From assembly GCA_951406725.2 (NCBI GenBank), contig OX597818.1:123938001-124002000 (forward strand): a DNA stretch of 64,000 nucleotides. The letters run 5' to 3'. Positions 25,991-38,433 of this stretch are shown here, one piece after another (position 1 is the stretch's first letter; each line of letters begins with the position of its first letter). This stretch comes from Octopus vulgaris. Lineage: Eukaryota. The notes under the pieces were generated by a model. That model had not been told where the DNA came from, ran no database searches, and worked only from the letters and a program-made list of their open reading frames with translations. The position numbers and the translations under genes were made by a program.

Positions 25991-26408
25991 CTAATACATC
26001 TGGCACAGATATGTGCTAATGGCAGAGATCTATGACAACTGCTGAATTACCAGCTCATTGAATTAGTCTGTACTCTCATGATAATTCTCAAGTAGAAATA
26101 GTGTGACAAGCCTGCACTGTTTGATAAAGTATAATCAACCTGAAACTAAAATGACATCTACCACAGATGCTATGCAGCAGGATTGAAACTAGAACCTTGT
26201 GTTTGTGATGTGAACTTCTAAAATATTAGGCACCTATGGCTCCAACCTATCCATCTCAAAACAAGTTTTTGAGAGTAATATTCTGTTTAAAAAAAAAAAA
26301 GGTTCTAATTAATTAAACAAAGCCAGAAATGTAGGAGAGGTTAGCCCATTAAATTGATTCCTATACTTGACTTTATCAACCCCCAAAAGTAAGACTGAAC
26401 AGATTTAA

Positions 26409-26629
26409 CCCTTTTGTTACTGTATTTATTTTGAGATGTTCTGTGTTTCTTTCAATTATTTTAAATATAACAAAGAATTTGGTAAAATAACTCAACTATC
26501 ATTAAGCTAGTGTTAGGAACATAAATTGTGACTAAGGTTTGGGGGAAGATTTTTATTCAAAACTTATGAAACCAAGATATTTGTACTACAGAGCCAGAGC
26601 CGGTTTTGGCCAGGTTGGTAATGAAAGGG
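26409..26629. mobile_element. piggyBac-like MITE
   Basis: TTAA|CCCTTT...AAAGGG|TTAA. Confidence 0.8.
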
Positions 26630-26774
26630 TTAAACCTAGAACTTAAAGAAATACAAGGCATTCAATGTTCTTTTGACTCAAACAATCCACCAACTCCTAG
26701 TCATGGAGACAGAAATCTGTGGATCGAATAGAGTCTGTCACTTTAACTGACTCCATTATTTGACCAGTAAAGAA

Positions 26775-27075
26775 ACACTTTGGTCATAAATAACCACGGG
26801 ATTGCACCGAGAAAGTTCTTCAAGGCACAAGTTCGGGCGAGGTTGTTTATGGAAGACCAGCAGTTGCTCATGCCAACCGGACTCACCACTGATGTAATCC
26901 ATGGGTAAGACGAGGCTGATACAGGTTGGCACCAGTAATGTCCAAACTCATTTCTACAGCTGAGTGAACTAGAGAAACATAAAATAAAGAGTCTTGCTCA
27001 AGAACAAAACACACAGCCCAGTCCAGGAATCGAACTATCTCATGATTGTGAGCCCAATGCTCTAACCGAGCCATG
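26775..27075 (-). mobile_element. older tRNA-derived SINE family D
   Basis: Homologous to 48950-49270 and 53600-54200; B-box-like gttcgattcctggac on the minus strand. Confidence 0.65.
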
Positions 27076-27082
27076 TACTCTT

Positions 27083-27430
27083 ATACTTGTTTCAGTCATT
27101 TGACTGCGGCCATGCTGGAGCACCGCCTTTAGACGAGCAAATCTTTGTAAGCCCAGTACTTATTCTATCGGTCTCTTTCGCCGAACTGCTAAGTGATGGG
27201 GACGTAAACACACCAGCATCGGTTGTCAAGCAATGCTAGGGGGACAAACAGAGACACACAAACACATACACACATATATACGACAGGCTTCTTTCAGTTT
27301 CCGTCTACCAAATCCACTCACAAGGCATTGGTTGGCCCGGGGCTATAGCAGAAGACACTTGCCCAAGATGCCATGCAGTGGGACTGAACCTGGAACCATG
27401 TGGTTGGTTAGCACACAACCACTCCTGTGC
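27083..27430 (-). mobile_element. SINE family B
   Basis: Matches the family consensus. Confidence 0.85.
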
Positions 27431-27799
27431 CTTCACTTTATTTTTTTTATACTCTGCTGCTGATTAAATCCTAATACTTGTTCAACCAATCCACTTTTTT
27501 CTGTTCACAAAGACCATTGTGTATAAGGACAAAGTGTTTGCTTTTATTCATCACATTAACCATTTAACATTTAAACAGACCATATCCAGCTCATTTTATG
27601 TTCAAACTGGCCAGAACTGACCTCTCACACTTATCCTTCATTTTGAAGATAATCACATCACTGAAATATCAAAACTACAAGATAATGTATGATCAATTTC
27701 AAAACAATATGAGTAAATAGGCTTTAGTTTTGACAGAGGAATTTGATTGTTAAAAAGTTAATAGATAGTACTGGCTAAAATCTATAGAAATATTCTGTA

Positions 27800-28335
27800 C
27801 AATTTAAAACTGTATACAGCTATGGTACGACCACACTTGGAATTCGCATCATCAGTTAGGAACCCCTATCTTGCTCAGAACATTGACCTCCTGGAATCTG
27901 TTCAGAGACGTGTAACCAAACGCATACCCTCCATCAGACACCTACCATACACTGAGCGCCTTGTTTCCCTGGGCATGGATTCACTGAAGCTCCGGCGTCT
28001 GGCGATAGACTTGGTAAACACCCACAAAGTTATCAACCACCTCACCAACAACAACACTGAACACCTTTTTGATCTTCATGTGTCTAACACACGTGGACAT
28101 GCCTACAAAGTCAGAAAACAACACAGCTCCCATGACTTTCGGAAACATTTTTTCACGCTCAGAGTTGCTGAAGCATGAAACAAACTGCCTGCGTCAGTTG
28201 TTGACTGCCATGACACTGCATCCTTTAAGGCCCTCATGCTTTCAGAAATCCGCCGAAACTACACCTGATTATACATACACTTTAGATGAGTTGTAGTGCA
28301 CCTGAACACTGTACACAATGTTTTTATTATTATTT
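27800..28335 (+). pseudogene. CR1-type LINE ORF2 C-terminus and 3' end
   Basis: MVRPHLEFASSVRNPY, QRRVTKRIP, TRGHAYKV, HFFTLRVAEA*NKLP; (TTA)n tail. Confidence 0.88.
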
Positions 28336-29554
28336 TAATAAAAATAATTGCAAACATGCAGGAAATCAAGTAGTTTTCTGTTTAGTTTAATGATTTTTTA
28401 ATTCAGATATCAACATAAGTTTTACAAATGCCAAAGAATAAAAAAAAATGAGAAAAGAAAATGAACTCTTTATTTTAATACTTTTTTTTTTTTAAATCTA
28501 AATAATATAACATCAAATTCAAAATGAAAAAACAATTTTATATATATATATGAATAATAAACTACTGATGTATTAAAAAATTGCCTGAGTATATAAAGTA
28601 AACTATTTGAAACTGAAGAAAAAAATTTTAGAAGCCATGTTTGTTTATGTATATACATACATACATACATACATACCTACATACACACAGATATGCAAAG
28701 TCAGTCATAAGTTGCTATGCAATAACATTATAAAATAATAATTAGTGAGTCAAATTGCAAGAGCCAATTAAATTTATTTGAAAATTACTACAAAATGAAG
28801 TTTATATGCACAAGTTTTCTTGTTTGAAACCAGTCAGTTAGATGACAGCAATGTAAGATGTGACTTTCTGATAAAAAGTATTTAGTTTACTTCAACATTC
28901 AACAATAGAAGTTCAGAAGTAATTCTACCAACAAGGAAAACTAATAATGTTTAGCAAGTAAGAAACTGTTTGGAATCAATTAATGAGGAACTACTATCTG
29001 GACATTCAGTGTTCAGTCAGAAGAGAGAGGAATGTTTGGCTGGACATCCAACATTATGAACAACACCTTCAAACATCTTTTACATATGCCATGCCTCAAA
29101 TATTTGCTAAACACCATTGCAATGTAATCACATGCATGTGTGCATATGTATGTTTTAATGTATAGATATCTATTAAAAAACCCAGCAAAACATTGACTGA
29201 TCACTCAATACTTTCCAGTTAAAGTATCAGATCATTTTATTCATACAAAGAAAAAGTTGACAGTGACTTCAAAATTTCAGCTTAGCTGCCTTTGTCAGAA
29301 TGTCAATCTTTTCCTCTCTCTCACACACACACACTAAAATTCGTTATGTTCTTATTAAATGTTACTGTTTTTGTTTAAAAATCAATTACAGCATTTGCAT
29401 AAAACTTTCATTCTTGTAACCATATGCTATTATATAGCAACTTGTGGCAGACTGTATACTATATATATATATAGGTAAACACACTCACACACGTACAAAT
29501 CTAGTTCATACTTCAATATAAATTCAAGTCAAGACTGACTTATTCAGACATTAC

Positions 29555-29676
29555 TCAATAAAAACGACTATGAGCTACATTGTTCTTCTGCTTGTAGTGC
29601 TTTACACCAATAACAATGCCAGCAATTGCCACTCCAATAGTTACAGCAATAGCAACATATATTCCCATCCAGGCCT
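29555..29676 (-). CDS. Cys-rich single-pass membrane protein, last exon (TM helix and tail: E-AWMGIYVAIAVTIGVAIAGIVIGVKHYKQKNNVAHSRFY*)
   Basis: Acceptor tattttcacag, phase 1 matches the preceding exon; hydrophobic run then basic stop-transfer residues; TGA at 29557-29555. Confidence 0.88.
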
Positions 29677-30279
29677 CTGTGAAAATATAAAATATTAAAG
29701 AGATTATTAATTATTAATAGTACATATCTTTCATATAATAAAGACAGCTGCTTATTAATTAGCTGTGATTATTAACATTTATTAAAAGAAAGTAATTATT
29801 CAAGTCTTCACTGCCTAGAAAATTCTTATAAATTTCAATTTTTAATATATTTTTATTAAAATATAGTTTTCAAGGATCCTATTGCAGATTTCCATTACAT
29901 GCCAATCATGAAACACACACTTATTGTGATATGCTTTTTAACATCTTATATTTGTATCCTTTTCCTTCTACTGCTTCCTAACTCTCTCTTCTTTGTTTAC
30001 TTCTATTTCTATATCCTTAAAATTTCTCACCCCTTTCCAACAACTTTCTCCAGTCTTTATCTCTGTAACTCAATTTGAATCCCTTCCCCTGTTATTTCAT
30101 TTAACAATTTTCATCTTTCTCTTGCATACTCCTTTACTTTCATTTTCTTTCAACACTCACTCTCTACTGCCTTTAATTGTTTAAAAATAAGTGATTACAA
30201 AAATTTTTTACAATATTTATATCAAAATTACACAGAAATTATGTATATTTCTATTTTAATTCAGTTATATACAAACCAT

Positions 30280-31200
30280 CATCATTTAGCATCTACCTTC
30301 CATACTGGCATGGTTTAGATGGTTTGACCGATACTGATAAGCTGCACTAGGTTCCAATCTGATTTGGCACAGTTTCTACTGTTGGATGTCCCTTCCTAAC
30401 ACCAACCACTGAGGGAGAGGGGCTTTGCGGATCCGTGGAATAAGCTGCCGGACGAGATGGTGAGGATGCCGACAACCGCTCGGTTCAAAGTCTCCCTTGA
30501 CCACAAGTGGCCTGAACTCTTTACATGAACACCACCCTGTACCTAACTCCATGTCCCCCTACATGACCTTGCTTTTTGCTTTTTGAGCCAAAAAATTAAC
30601 TAACTAACTAACAATGAGTACTTTTGATGTGCCATTAGCATGGGTGCTAGTTACATGACACTGGCACCAGCTACAACTACGATTTCACTTAGCTTGACAC
30701 GTCTTCTCAAGTTTGGCATATTACTAAAGGTCTCAGTTACTTATCACCTCCGTGAGGCCCAACTTTCACAGGGTGCTTTTAACGTGTCACTGGCATCAAC
30801 CAGGAGTACAATTTCACTTGGCTTGACGAGTCTTCTGAAGCATGCATATCACCGAAGGTCTCAATCCCTTGTCATTGCTTCTATGAGGCCCAACGTTCAA
30901 AGATCATGCTTCATCACCTTGCCCCATGTCTACGTGGGCCTACTGTTCCACAGGTTACCTCCACAAAGATTGGCATTTTTTTTTTCAGCTGTCCACCTCC
31001 ATATACATCACATGACCATACCAGCGCAGTCATCTCTCTTGTACATGTGATGCCTCTTATGCCCAGCTTTTCTTTCAAGATGCTTACACTGTCATACATG
31101 CACACCCAGTGAAGCATACTAGGTTAATTTCTTTCAAGCCTATGCATGCCCTCAGCGGTCACAGCCCATGTTTCACTGCTGTGCAGCATGGCTGTTCACA
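30280..31200 (-). mobile_element. older RTE-type LINE 3' part, interrupted by a CR1-like 3' end at about 30411-30612 with a (TAAC)n tail
   Basis: Diverged match to 36717-37700; insert encodes PWNKLPDEMV...FKVSLDHKW. Confidence 0.65.
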
Positions 31201-31699
31201 CACAGGAATCCCTCAGACAATAGGCTTTTCACATTCTGACAACATTGCTTGCAACAACATATGCTAACCCCTGAGTAGCAGCCTTCCCTTTGGATAAGCT
31301 CCAGAGGCATAGAGAAGGGAACTTGCAAGCCTAGGAAACTACTAATCATATTAAAGGTATCTTGCCCAAGCTTGCACAAATTCTGGAAGATCAACATTAA
31401 GACAGGGATCTTGTATGCACAGGCAGAGATTGTTTTCTATTAAGGCTCCCTATAACCAATGCCTTGTGGGTAAATTTAGTAAACAAACCGTAGAAACCTG
31501 TCATGTTTCTTTGGATTTGTCTCTCACTGATTGATAAAGATGGTTTTATTTATTGCTTTTAATTTACTTTTTTGTCACCATTAGCCTAGTGGTATAGCTA
31601 CCAACACAAAAAGTACTAAAATATGTACTAGAAGTGAATTGAACAAATACACCCCTTCAAGCTACTATCCTAGCAATAATAGTAACAATAATTGTTTTT

Positions 31700-32660
31700 A
31701 ATAAATGCACAAGACCAGAAATTTGGAGGAGCAGGTAGTCAATGACCTTGGCAGAATTTGAACTCAGAATGTAAAGACAGACAAAATGCTACTAAGCATT
31801 TTGCCCGGCATGCTAACCATTCTGCCAACTCACTGCCTAAATAATAATCCTTTCTACTATAGGCACAAGGCCTGATATTTCGGAGAAGGGGTTAAGTTGA
31901 TTATGTTGACACAGTACACAACTGGTACTTATTTTATTGACCCCGAAAGGATGAAAGGCAAAGTTGACCTCGACAGAGTTTGAACTCAGAACATGAAGAC
32001 AGACGAAATACCACTAAACATATTTTCTGGCGTGCTAATGATTCTGCCAGCCTGCTGCCGAAGACCAGAAAATTTGGGGATGGGATAAGTCGACTGCATC
32101 AACCCCAGGGCTCAACTGATGTTTATTCTATCTACCCTGTAGGAATGAAAGCAAAGTCGACCTTGGTAGAACTTGAACTCAGAATGTGAAGACGACAAAA
32201 TACCATTAAGCATTTTGTCCAGCATGATAAGAATTCTGCCAGTTTGCCAATTTTGGGAGAAGGGGGACCAGTAGATAAATTGACCTCAGTGTGTAACTGG
32301 TACTTAATTTCTCAACCCCAAAAGGATGAAAGGCAAAGTTGACTCCAGCAGCATTTGAACTCAGAACATGAAAACAGACGAAAAACCACTTAACATTTTT
32401 CCCAACATGCTAATTATTCTGTCAACTCGTCATCTTGATGATGATGATAATCCTTTCTACTAAAGGGACAAGGCCTGAAATTAAGGGGCAGGGGACAAGT
32501 CGATTACACCAACCCGTGTTTCACTGGTACTTAATTTACTGACCCAGAAAGGATGAAAGGCAAAGTTGACTTTGGCGGAATTTGAACTCAAAATATTGCA
32601 ATGTGCAAAATACTGCTAAGCATTTCATCCAGAGTGCTAACGATTCTGCCAGCTTATCGC
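31700..32660 (-). mobile_element. head-to-tail cluster of about 5 diverged SINE family C copies
   Basis: tttgaactca recurs at about 31757, 31979, 32172, 32354 and 32581. Confidence 0.75.
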
Positions 32661-32682
32661 TTTGATGATAATAAGTCCTTAC

Positions 32683-32819
32683 CGTGGCTTAATCCAGAGC
32701 ATTTGCTATCCAAAACCTTTTTCAGACTTTTGTCCAAGACAACAGACATAAAATGTCTGGAACCGGGACTACATTCGCCTGCAGTGTCTAATGCACATTT
32801 CCTCACTTCTTTTTCCAAA
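32683..32819 (-). CDS. Cys-rich membrane protein, internal exon D (A-LEKEVRKCALDTAGECSPGSRHFMSVVLDKSLKKVLDSKCSGLSH)
   Basis: tttaatttcag acceptor, GTAAGG donor, 137 nt, phase 2->1, open frame. Confidence 0.88.
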
Positions 32820-33429
32820 CTGAAATTAAATATAAAGAATAATGCAAATTAACCAATCAAACTATTTAATCAGAGAAAAATGAAAAAGAATAACTGAGCT
32901 TAAGGTAATAAACTACAAAACTGATCCTTATTACCATAAACCATTGCATTGCACCTTATTTAGAGAAGGGGTACATAGAAATAAGGAACTATGTGCCTTG
33001 ACAGTACAATCTATGCTTATTTCTTTCTTTCTCAGCAAAACAAATATATACTAATATGAAACAAAAAGTTATAAAAAAATCAAACAAACAAAAAACAGTT
33101 TATTTAGCACAATGTGTCTTCTACCACAGCCCCAAACCAACCTTTAAGCCTCGAGTGAATTTGGTAGATGAAAACTGAAAAAAGCTTGTCATATATGTAT
33201 CATCATCATTGTTTTAACGATTACTTATCCATGCTTACATGAATCACCCAGAATTCTGAGTGACCCCTGTTAGGATGTTGAGGCGAGGTTTCTTAGCTGG
33301 ATGACCGTCCTGTCACAAACCATTGCTAGTTTGCAAGCAAGGTAATATTTCCTCCATAACCAGACAAGTTTTCGTAGACATGAAAAGAAGCCACTGCTTC
33401 TTTATTTCTTTTAAATTAAAGAAATATAC

Positions 33430-33637
33430 ATTTCTTTATTGCCCACAGGGAGCTAAACACAAAGTGATTAAGTCGATTATGTCGACCCCGGTGCGTAACT
33501 GGTACTTATTTAATTGACCCCGAAAGGATGAAAGGCAAAGTCGACCTCGGCGGAATTTGAACTCAAAACGTAACGGCAGACGAAATACGACTACGCATTT
33601 CGCCTGGCGTGCTAACGTTTCTGCCAGCTCGCCGCCT
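33430..33637 (-). mobile_element. SINE family C
   Basis: Young copy matching 42730-42960. Confidence 0.8.
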
Positions 33638-33813
33638 TAAATATAGATCTCTATATCATACCTCCTTAGTAGCTTATTACCTGATCGTGACAGCCACTTT
33701 GACAAAAAAAAAAATAAGAAGAAGAAGAAGAAGAAGACCCCCCCCCCCCCACCGCTGGCGCACACAACAATAAAAGTTCAATTAAAACTAGCCTATAATC
33801 AAATTATACTTAC

Positions 33814-33931
33814 GCACAAACTTCTTCAATACTATGTACATGTAAGTGCTGAACTTTCATTCTCTCGGTGCATGCCTTTGTCTTTTTGAGATAGTTGGTA
33901 TCATTGAAACATTGTGAATATTCCAAGAACT
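33814..33931 (-). CDS. Cys-rich membrane protein, internal exon C (E-FLEYSQCFNDTNYLKKTKACTERMKVQHLHVHSIEEVC)
   Basis: ttttatcttcag acceptor, GTAAGT donor, 118 nt, phase 1->2; NDT sequon. Confidence 0.88.
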
Positions 33932-34287
33932 CTGAAGATAAAAATTATAAAACAAAATGATTTCTTACACTGGAATATGGATGAAGACTGTAGTTGAAAT
34001 ACTCATGTATTTTAATCTATTGACCCTGGAGAGATGATAAAGCCAAATCCTGCCTAACCATTTTCATACCAGCCTGCACCAAGACCATTCTTGGTTCTAT
34101 GGTACAAACCCTACATCAAAATTTGCTGTTAATTTATATTTTGAAACATCAGCTTAATAATGACAAGTTATTTTAATATAGTCTTCATTTTCTTTTAATT
34201 TAAAGAAAAACAGAATATTTCAACTGAAACAAGATAACGAAAGGTTAAATCATAGTGGCAAAGAACTAAACAACAGAAATACATTAA

Positions 34288-34506
34288 CCCTTTAGTGTTC
34301 AGATTATTCTATCAAACATAATGCTTATCGATTCCCATTGATTTGAATTAATCGTGCATTATCTCATATCTTCAAGATCTTGATGGTGTAATTACTTAAT
34401 GTAGAATAACATTGTAGGGTAGGTGTGAGAGCCTGGATCTGGTCAGTTTGAACATAAAACAGATTAACTATTTTGGCCGGATATGGCCGGTTTAAATACT
34501 AAAGGG
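34288..34506. mobile_element. piggyBac-like MITE
   Basis: TTAA|CCCTTTAG...CTAAAGGG|TTAA; related to 60436-60656. Confidence 0.8.
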
Positions 34507-35470
34507 TTAAATCCAATACCCAACAATTTCTGTTATTTCCCCACCACCACACCCAATAACAAAGGTTTCTAACAGAGATACAAAGCCATAAATTCAGGGT
34601 GTGAGAGAGAGAGAGAGAACAGTTGATTACATTAATCCCAATACTTGACTGATATTTTATTAGCCCTACTCCCCATCTCATCCTTATAAGGATGAAAAGC
34701 AAAGTTGATGTTAGTAAAACCTGAACTCAGAAAGAATGTAATGGGCTGCTACAAGTATAGGGTGTTCAAAAAGTTTCTCCACAGTAAGTATTTTATTGCA
34801 AAATAAATATTTATAAGATGGTATAAAACTACAAGACTTAAAAAAACTTTATAAGAGGTGTTGTCCATTTTCAATACATAAGTTAACTCTTTAACACATG
34901 TTTTTGAAAGACATCTCGGAGAAAAAAAAAATTCACTGCAGAGAGATTTTTTGAACACTGCATCAAGTATTCTGACACCAGCATCTCTGCCAATCAATTG
35001 CCCTTATAATTTTCAATATAGGCACATGGCATCAAACAGAGGAGGGAACAGTCAAATCAACCCCAGCACATGACTGGTACTTTATTATTGACCCTGGAAG
35101 GATGAAGTGCAAAATTAATCTTGGAGGAGGTTGAACTCAGAAGTAGAGGGTAATAGCTAAATACCACAAGGCATTTTGTCCAGTGCTTTAATGAGTTTTG
35201 CCAATAGATTAATTCTTTCATATATTTTGCCAATCGATTAATTCTTTCATATATTTTGCCAACAAGGCCCATCTATACATACATACATATCACAAATAGT
35301 AAACATACAGGGCTATATAAACAAATTTATATAAAAATGAGGCATGCAGCAAGGTATCCGTAAACTATCTTTACGACTTCCATAATTTATTTTATCTATT
35401 GTAGTTGAGATCTTTCAATCAATTCCTTTGCATGTTAAATATTAAAGTTTTCATATATATATATATATAT

Positions 35471-35673
35471 TTCTCTTTTACTTGTTTCAGTCATTTGACT
35501 GCGGCCATGCTGGAGCACCGCCTTTAATCGAGCAACTCAACCCCGGGACTTATTCTTTTTGTAAGCCCAGTAATTATTCTATCAGTCTCCTTTGCCGAAC
35601 CGCTAAGTAACGGGGACATAAACACACCAGCATCAGTTGCCAAGCAATGCTAGGGGGACAGACACACACATAC

Positions 35674-35713
<40 letters not shown>

Positions 35714-35870
35714 GACGGGCTTCTTTCAGTTTCCGTCTACCAAATTCACTCACAAGGCTTTGGTCGGCCCGAGGCTACAGTAGAAGACACTTGCCCAAGG
35801 TGCCATGCAGTGGGACTGAACCCGGAACTATGTGGTTGGTAAACAAGCTACTTACTACACAGCCACTCCT
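35471..35870 (-). mobile_element. SINE family B
   Basis: Full-length match. Confidence 0.85.
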
Positions 35871-36094
35871 ATATAAAATTTAAAATGAGGGTGAAATTGA
35901 TATTAATCAAATTAATGTTCAATTTTTCACCCTCATTTTAAATTTATATGTTCTCTAACTGGCATAACTCACTACAGAGAATTATTTACGAGATTTTAGC
36001 GTGCCAAAACAAAGACTTTTGAGAAATAACCCTAAGTGTAATTAGTTGAAATGTATACATGTCCAATCTCATGTGGACATTTCGTGTATAGTTC

Positions 36095-36286
36095 TTTCTC
36101 TTTTACTTGTTTCAGTCATGCTGGAGCACCGCCTTTAGTCGAGCAAATCAACCCCGGGACTTATTCTTTGTAAGCCCAGTACTTATTCTATCGGTCCCTT
36201 TTCCCGAACCGCTAAATGACGGCGATGTAAATACACCAGCATCGGTTGTCAAGCAATGCTAGGGGGACAAACACAGACACACACAC

Positions 36287-36317
<31 letters not shown>

Positions 36318-36483
36318 CACACGACAGGCTTCTTTCAGTTTCCGTCAACCAAATCCACTCACAAGGTTTTGGTCGGCCCGAGGCGATAGTAGAAGACACT
36401 TGCCCAAGGTGCCACGCAGTGGGACTGAACCCGGAACCATGTGGTTGGTAAGCAAGCTACTTACCACAGCCACTCCTGCACCT
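36095..36483 (-). mobile_element. SINE family B
   Basis: Full-length match. Confidence 0.85.
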
Positions 36484-36716
36484 ATGTTCTGCAAATTATA
36501 TTTGCAATGACGATCATGCTGAGGAGCTACAGACAAATTGCATAAGTAAAATTACATAAATATTGATAGCGAAACATGTCCATGATTAATCTATATTTTT
36601 GTTATTTCTCATTTGTCTTGCTCAATTACATTGACGTTTGCTGAATTTTCTTAGTGATAAGACCATAGCAGATCTACTTCCAGCATAAGGGCTGTCCACG
36701 TTGTGGTCATCCCTCA

Positions 36717-38200
36717 TATCATCATCGTTTAACGTCCGTTCTCCATGCTAGCATGGGTTGGACGGTTCGACCAGGGATCTGGGAAGACAGGAGGCTGCAC
36801 CAGGCTCCGGTCTTATCTGGCAATGTTTCTACAGCTGGATGCTCTTCCTAACGCCAACCACTCCGTGAGTGTAGTGGGTGCTTTTTACGTGCCACCTGCA
36901 CTGGAGCCAGGCGAGGCTGGCATCGGCCACGGTCGGATTGGTGCATTTTACATGCCACTTGCACGGAAGCCAGTCGAGGCGGCACTGGCTTCGGATGGTG
37001 CTTTTTACGTACCACCGACACGGAAGCCAGTCGAGGCGGCGCTGGCATCGGCCACGATTCGGATAGTGCTTTTTACGTATCTCCAGTCCAGGGGTCCTGG
37101 CATCTGCCGGGTGCCAGTCATAGGATTGGTTCAATTTTGATTCTGATTTCGATTTCACTTGCCCCAACAGGTCTTCGCAAGCAAAGGGGGGGGTTGGCAT
37201 AGGTGCCTGTCGTCGGATGAGGTTCGATATCGACTTCGCTTGCCTCAACAGGTCTTTGTGTGTCCAAGGGAGGAAAGGCATGCATAAGTGGGCTAGACTC
37301 ACTTGTCCTACCTGGTCTTTTCACGCACAGCATATTTCCAAAGGTCTCGGTCGCAGATCATTTCCTCAGTGAGACCTAAAGTTCGAAGGTCGTGCTTCAC
37401 CACCTCGTCCCAAGTTTTCCTGGGTCTACCTCTTCCATGGGTTCCCTCCACTGCTAGGGATTGGCACTTTTTCACACACCTATCTTCATCCATTCTCGCC
37501 ACATGACTATACCAGCGCAATCGTCTCTCTTGCACACCACAACTGATGCTCCTTAGGGCCAACATTTCTCTCAGGGTACTAACGCTCTGTCGAGCATGCA
37601 CACTGACATTACACATCCATCGGAGCATACTGGCTTCATTTCTCGCAAGCTTACGCATGTCCTCAGCAGTCACGGCCCATGTTTCACTGCCATGTAGCAT
37701 GGCTGTACATACACATGCATCATACAGTCTGCCTTTTACTCTGAGCGAGAGGCCTTTAGTCACCAGCAGAGATAAGAGCTCCCTAAACTTTGCCCAGGCT
37801 ATTTTTACTCTAGCCGTTACACTTTCAGCACACCCACCCCCACTACTGACTTGGTCACCAAGATAACGGAAGCTATCAACTACTTCTAGTTTTTTCCCCT
37901 GGAAAGTGACGGAAGTTATTTTCTGCAGATTTTCAGAGGTTAATGCTCCCGAGCATCTGCCACATACAAAAACTATCTTCCCAGTTAGCCTTCCTTTGAC
38001 ATTGCTGCACCTCTTATGTGTCCATAGCTTACACTGGGTACATCTTATAGAGTTTCTACCTACACCTTTTCTACAGATCGAGCAGGGCCATCTTCCTGAA
38101 GACATTTGTGGATTGTCTACCTTCCTACTTATTAGTACTTTGGTTTTAGCTAGGTTGACTCTAAGGCCCCTCGATTCTAGACCCTCCTTCCACACCTGGA
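36717..38200 (-). mobile_element. 5'-truncated RTE-clade LINE (ORF 37308-38195, 3' UTR with tandem subrepeats, (GAT)n tail)
   Basis: GLRVNLAKTK, Cys-rich insert CSIC...CTQC..W.H.RC, FRYLG, MLHGSETW, QERRLRW.SHVARM, GRGRPRKTW. Confidence 0.92.
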
Positions 38201-38219
38201 ACTTCTCCTCCTATATATA

Positions 38220-38433
38220 TATGAGGGGGTAATGAAAAGTTCCTAGTTTGAAGGATACCATGAAAGACCTGGTTGGAGGCCTGACCTTCTGACTTTTTAC
38301 AGGGCTTAGAATAATTGAAGGACCACTGCAAATGTGTGAATCTGAGAGGGGAACATGTTGAATAAAATCATAACTAATCCTGAATTTTTTTTCTTTTTTA
38401 CCAAAAGCCAGAAACTTTTCAGCAGCGCCTTGT
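38220..38433. mobile_element. mariner-derived MITE
   Basis: Imperfect TIR tatgagggggtaatgaaaagttcc / aaacttttcagcagcgccttgta, TA flanks. Confidence 0.6.

Noticed and set aside
29555-29676. VIP36/LMAN2 ortholog suggested by the TM-RFY ending
   Set aside because: Upstream exons encode a Cys-rich domain with no L-type lectin features, so no gene symbol is given.
33975-34005. Hammerhead-like ggatgaagactgtagttgaaatac
   Set aside because: Core too degenerate and no convincing stem I.
35647-36536. Recurrent ORFs with RASFSFRLPNPLTRLW / GLLSVSVYQIHSQG
   Set aside because: Chance frames in SINE family B, repeated at every copy.
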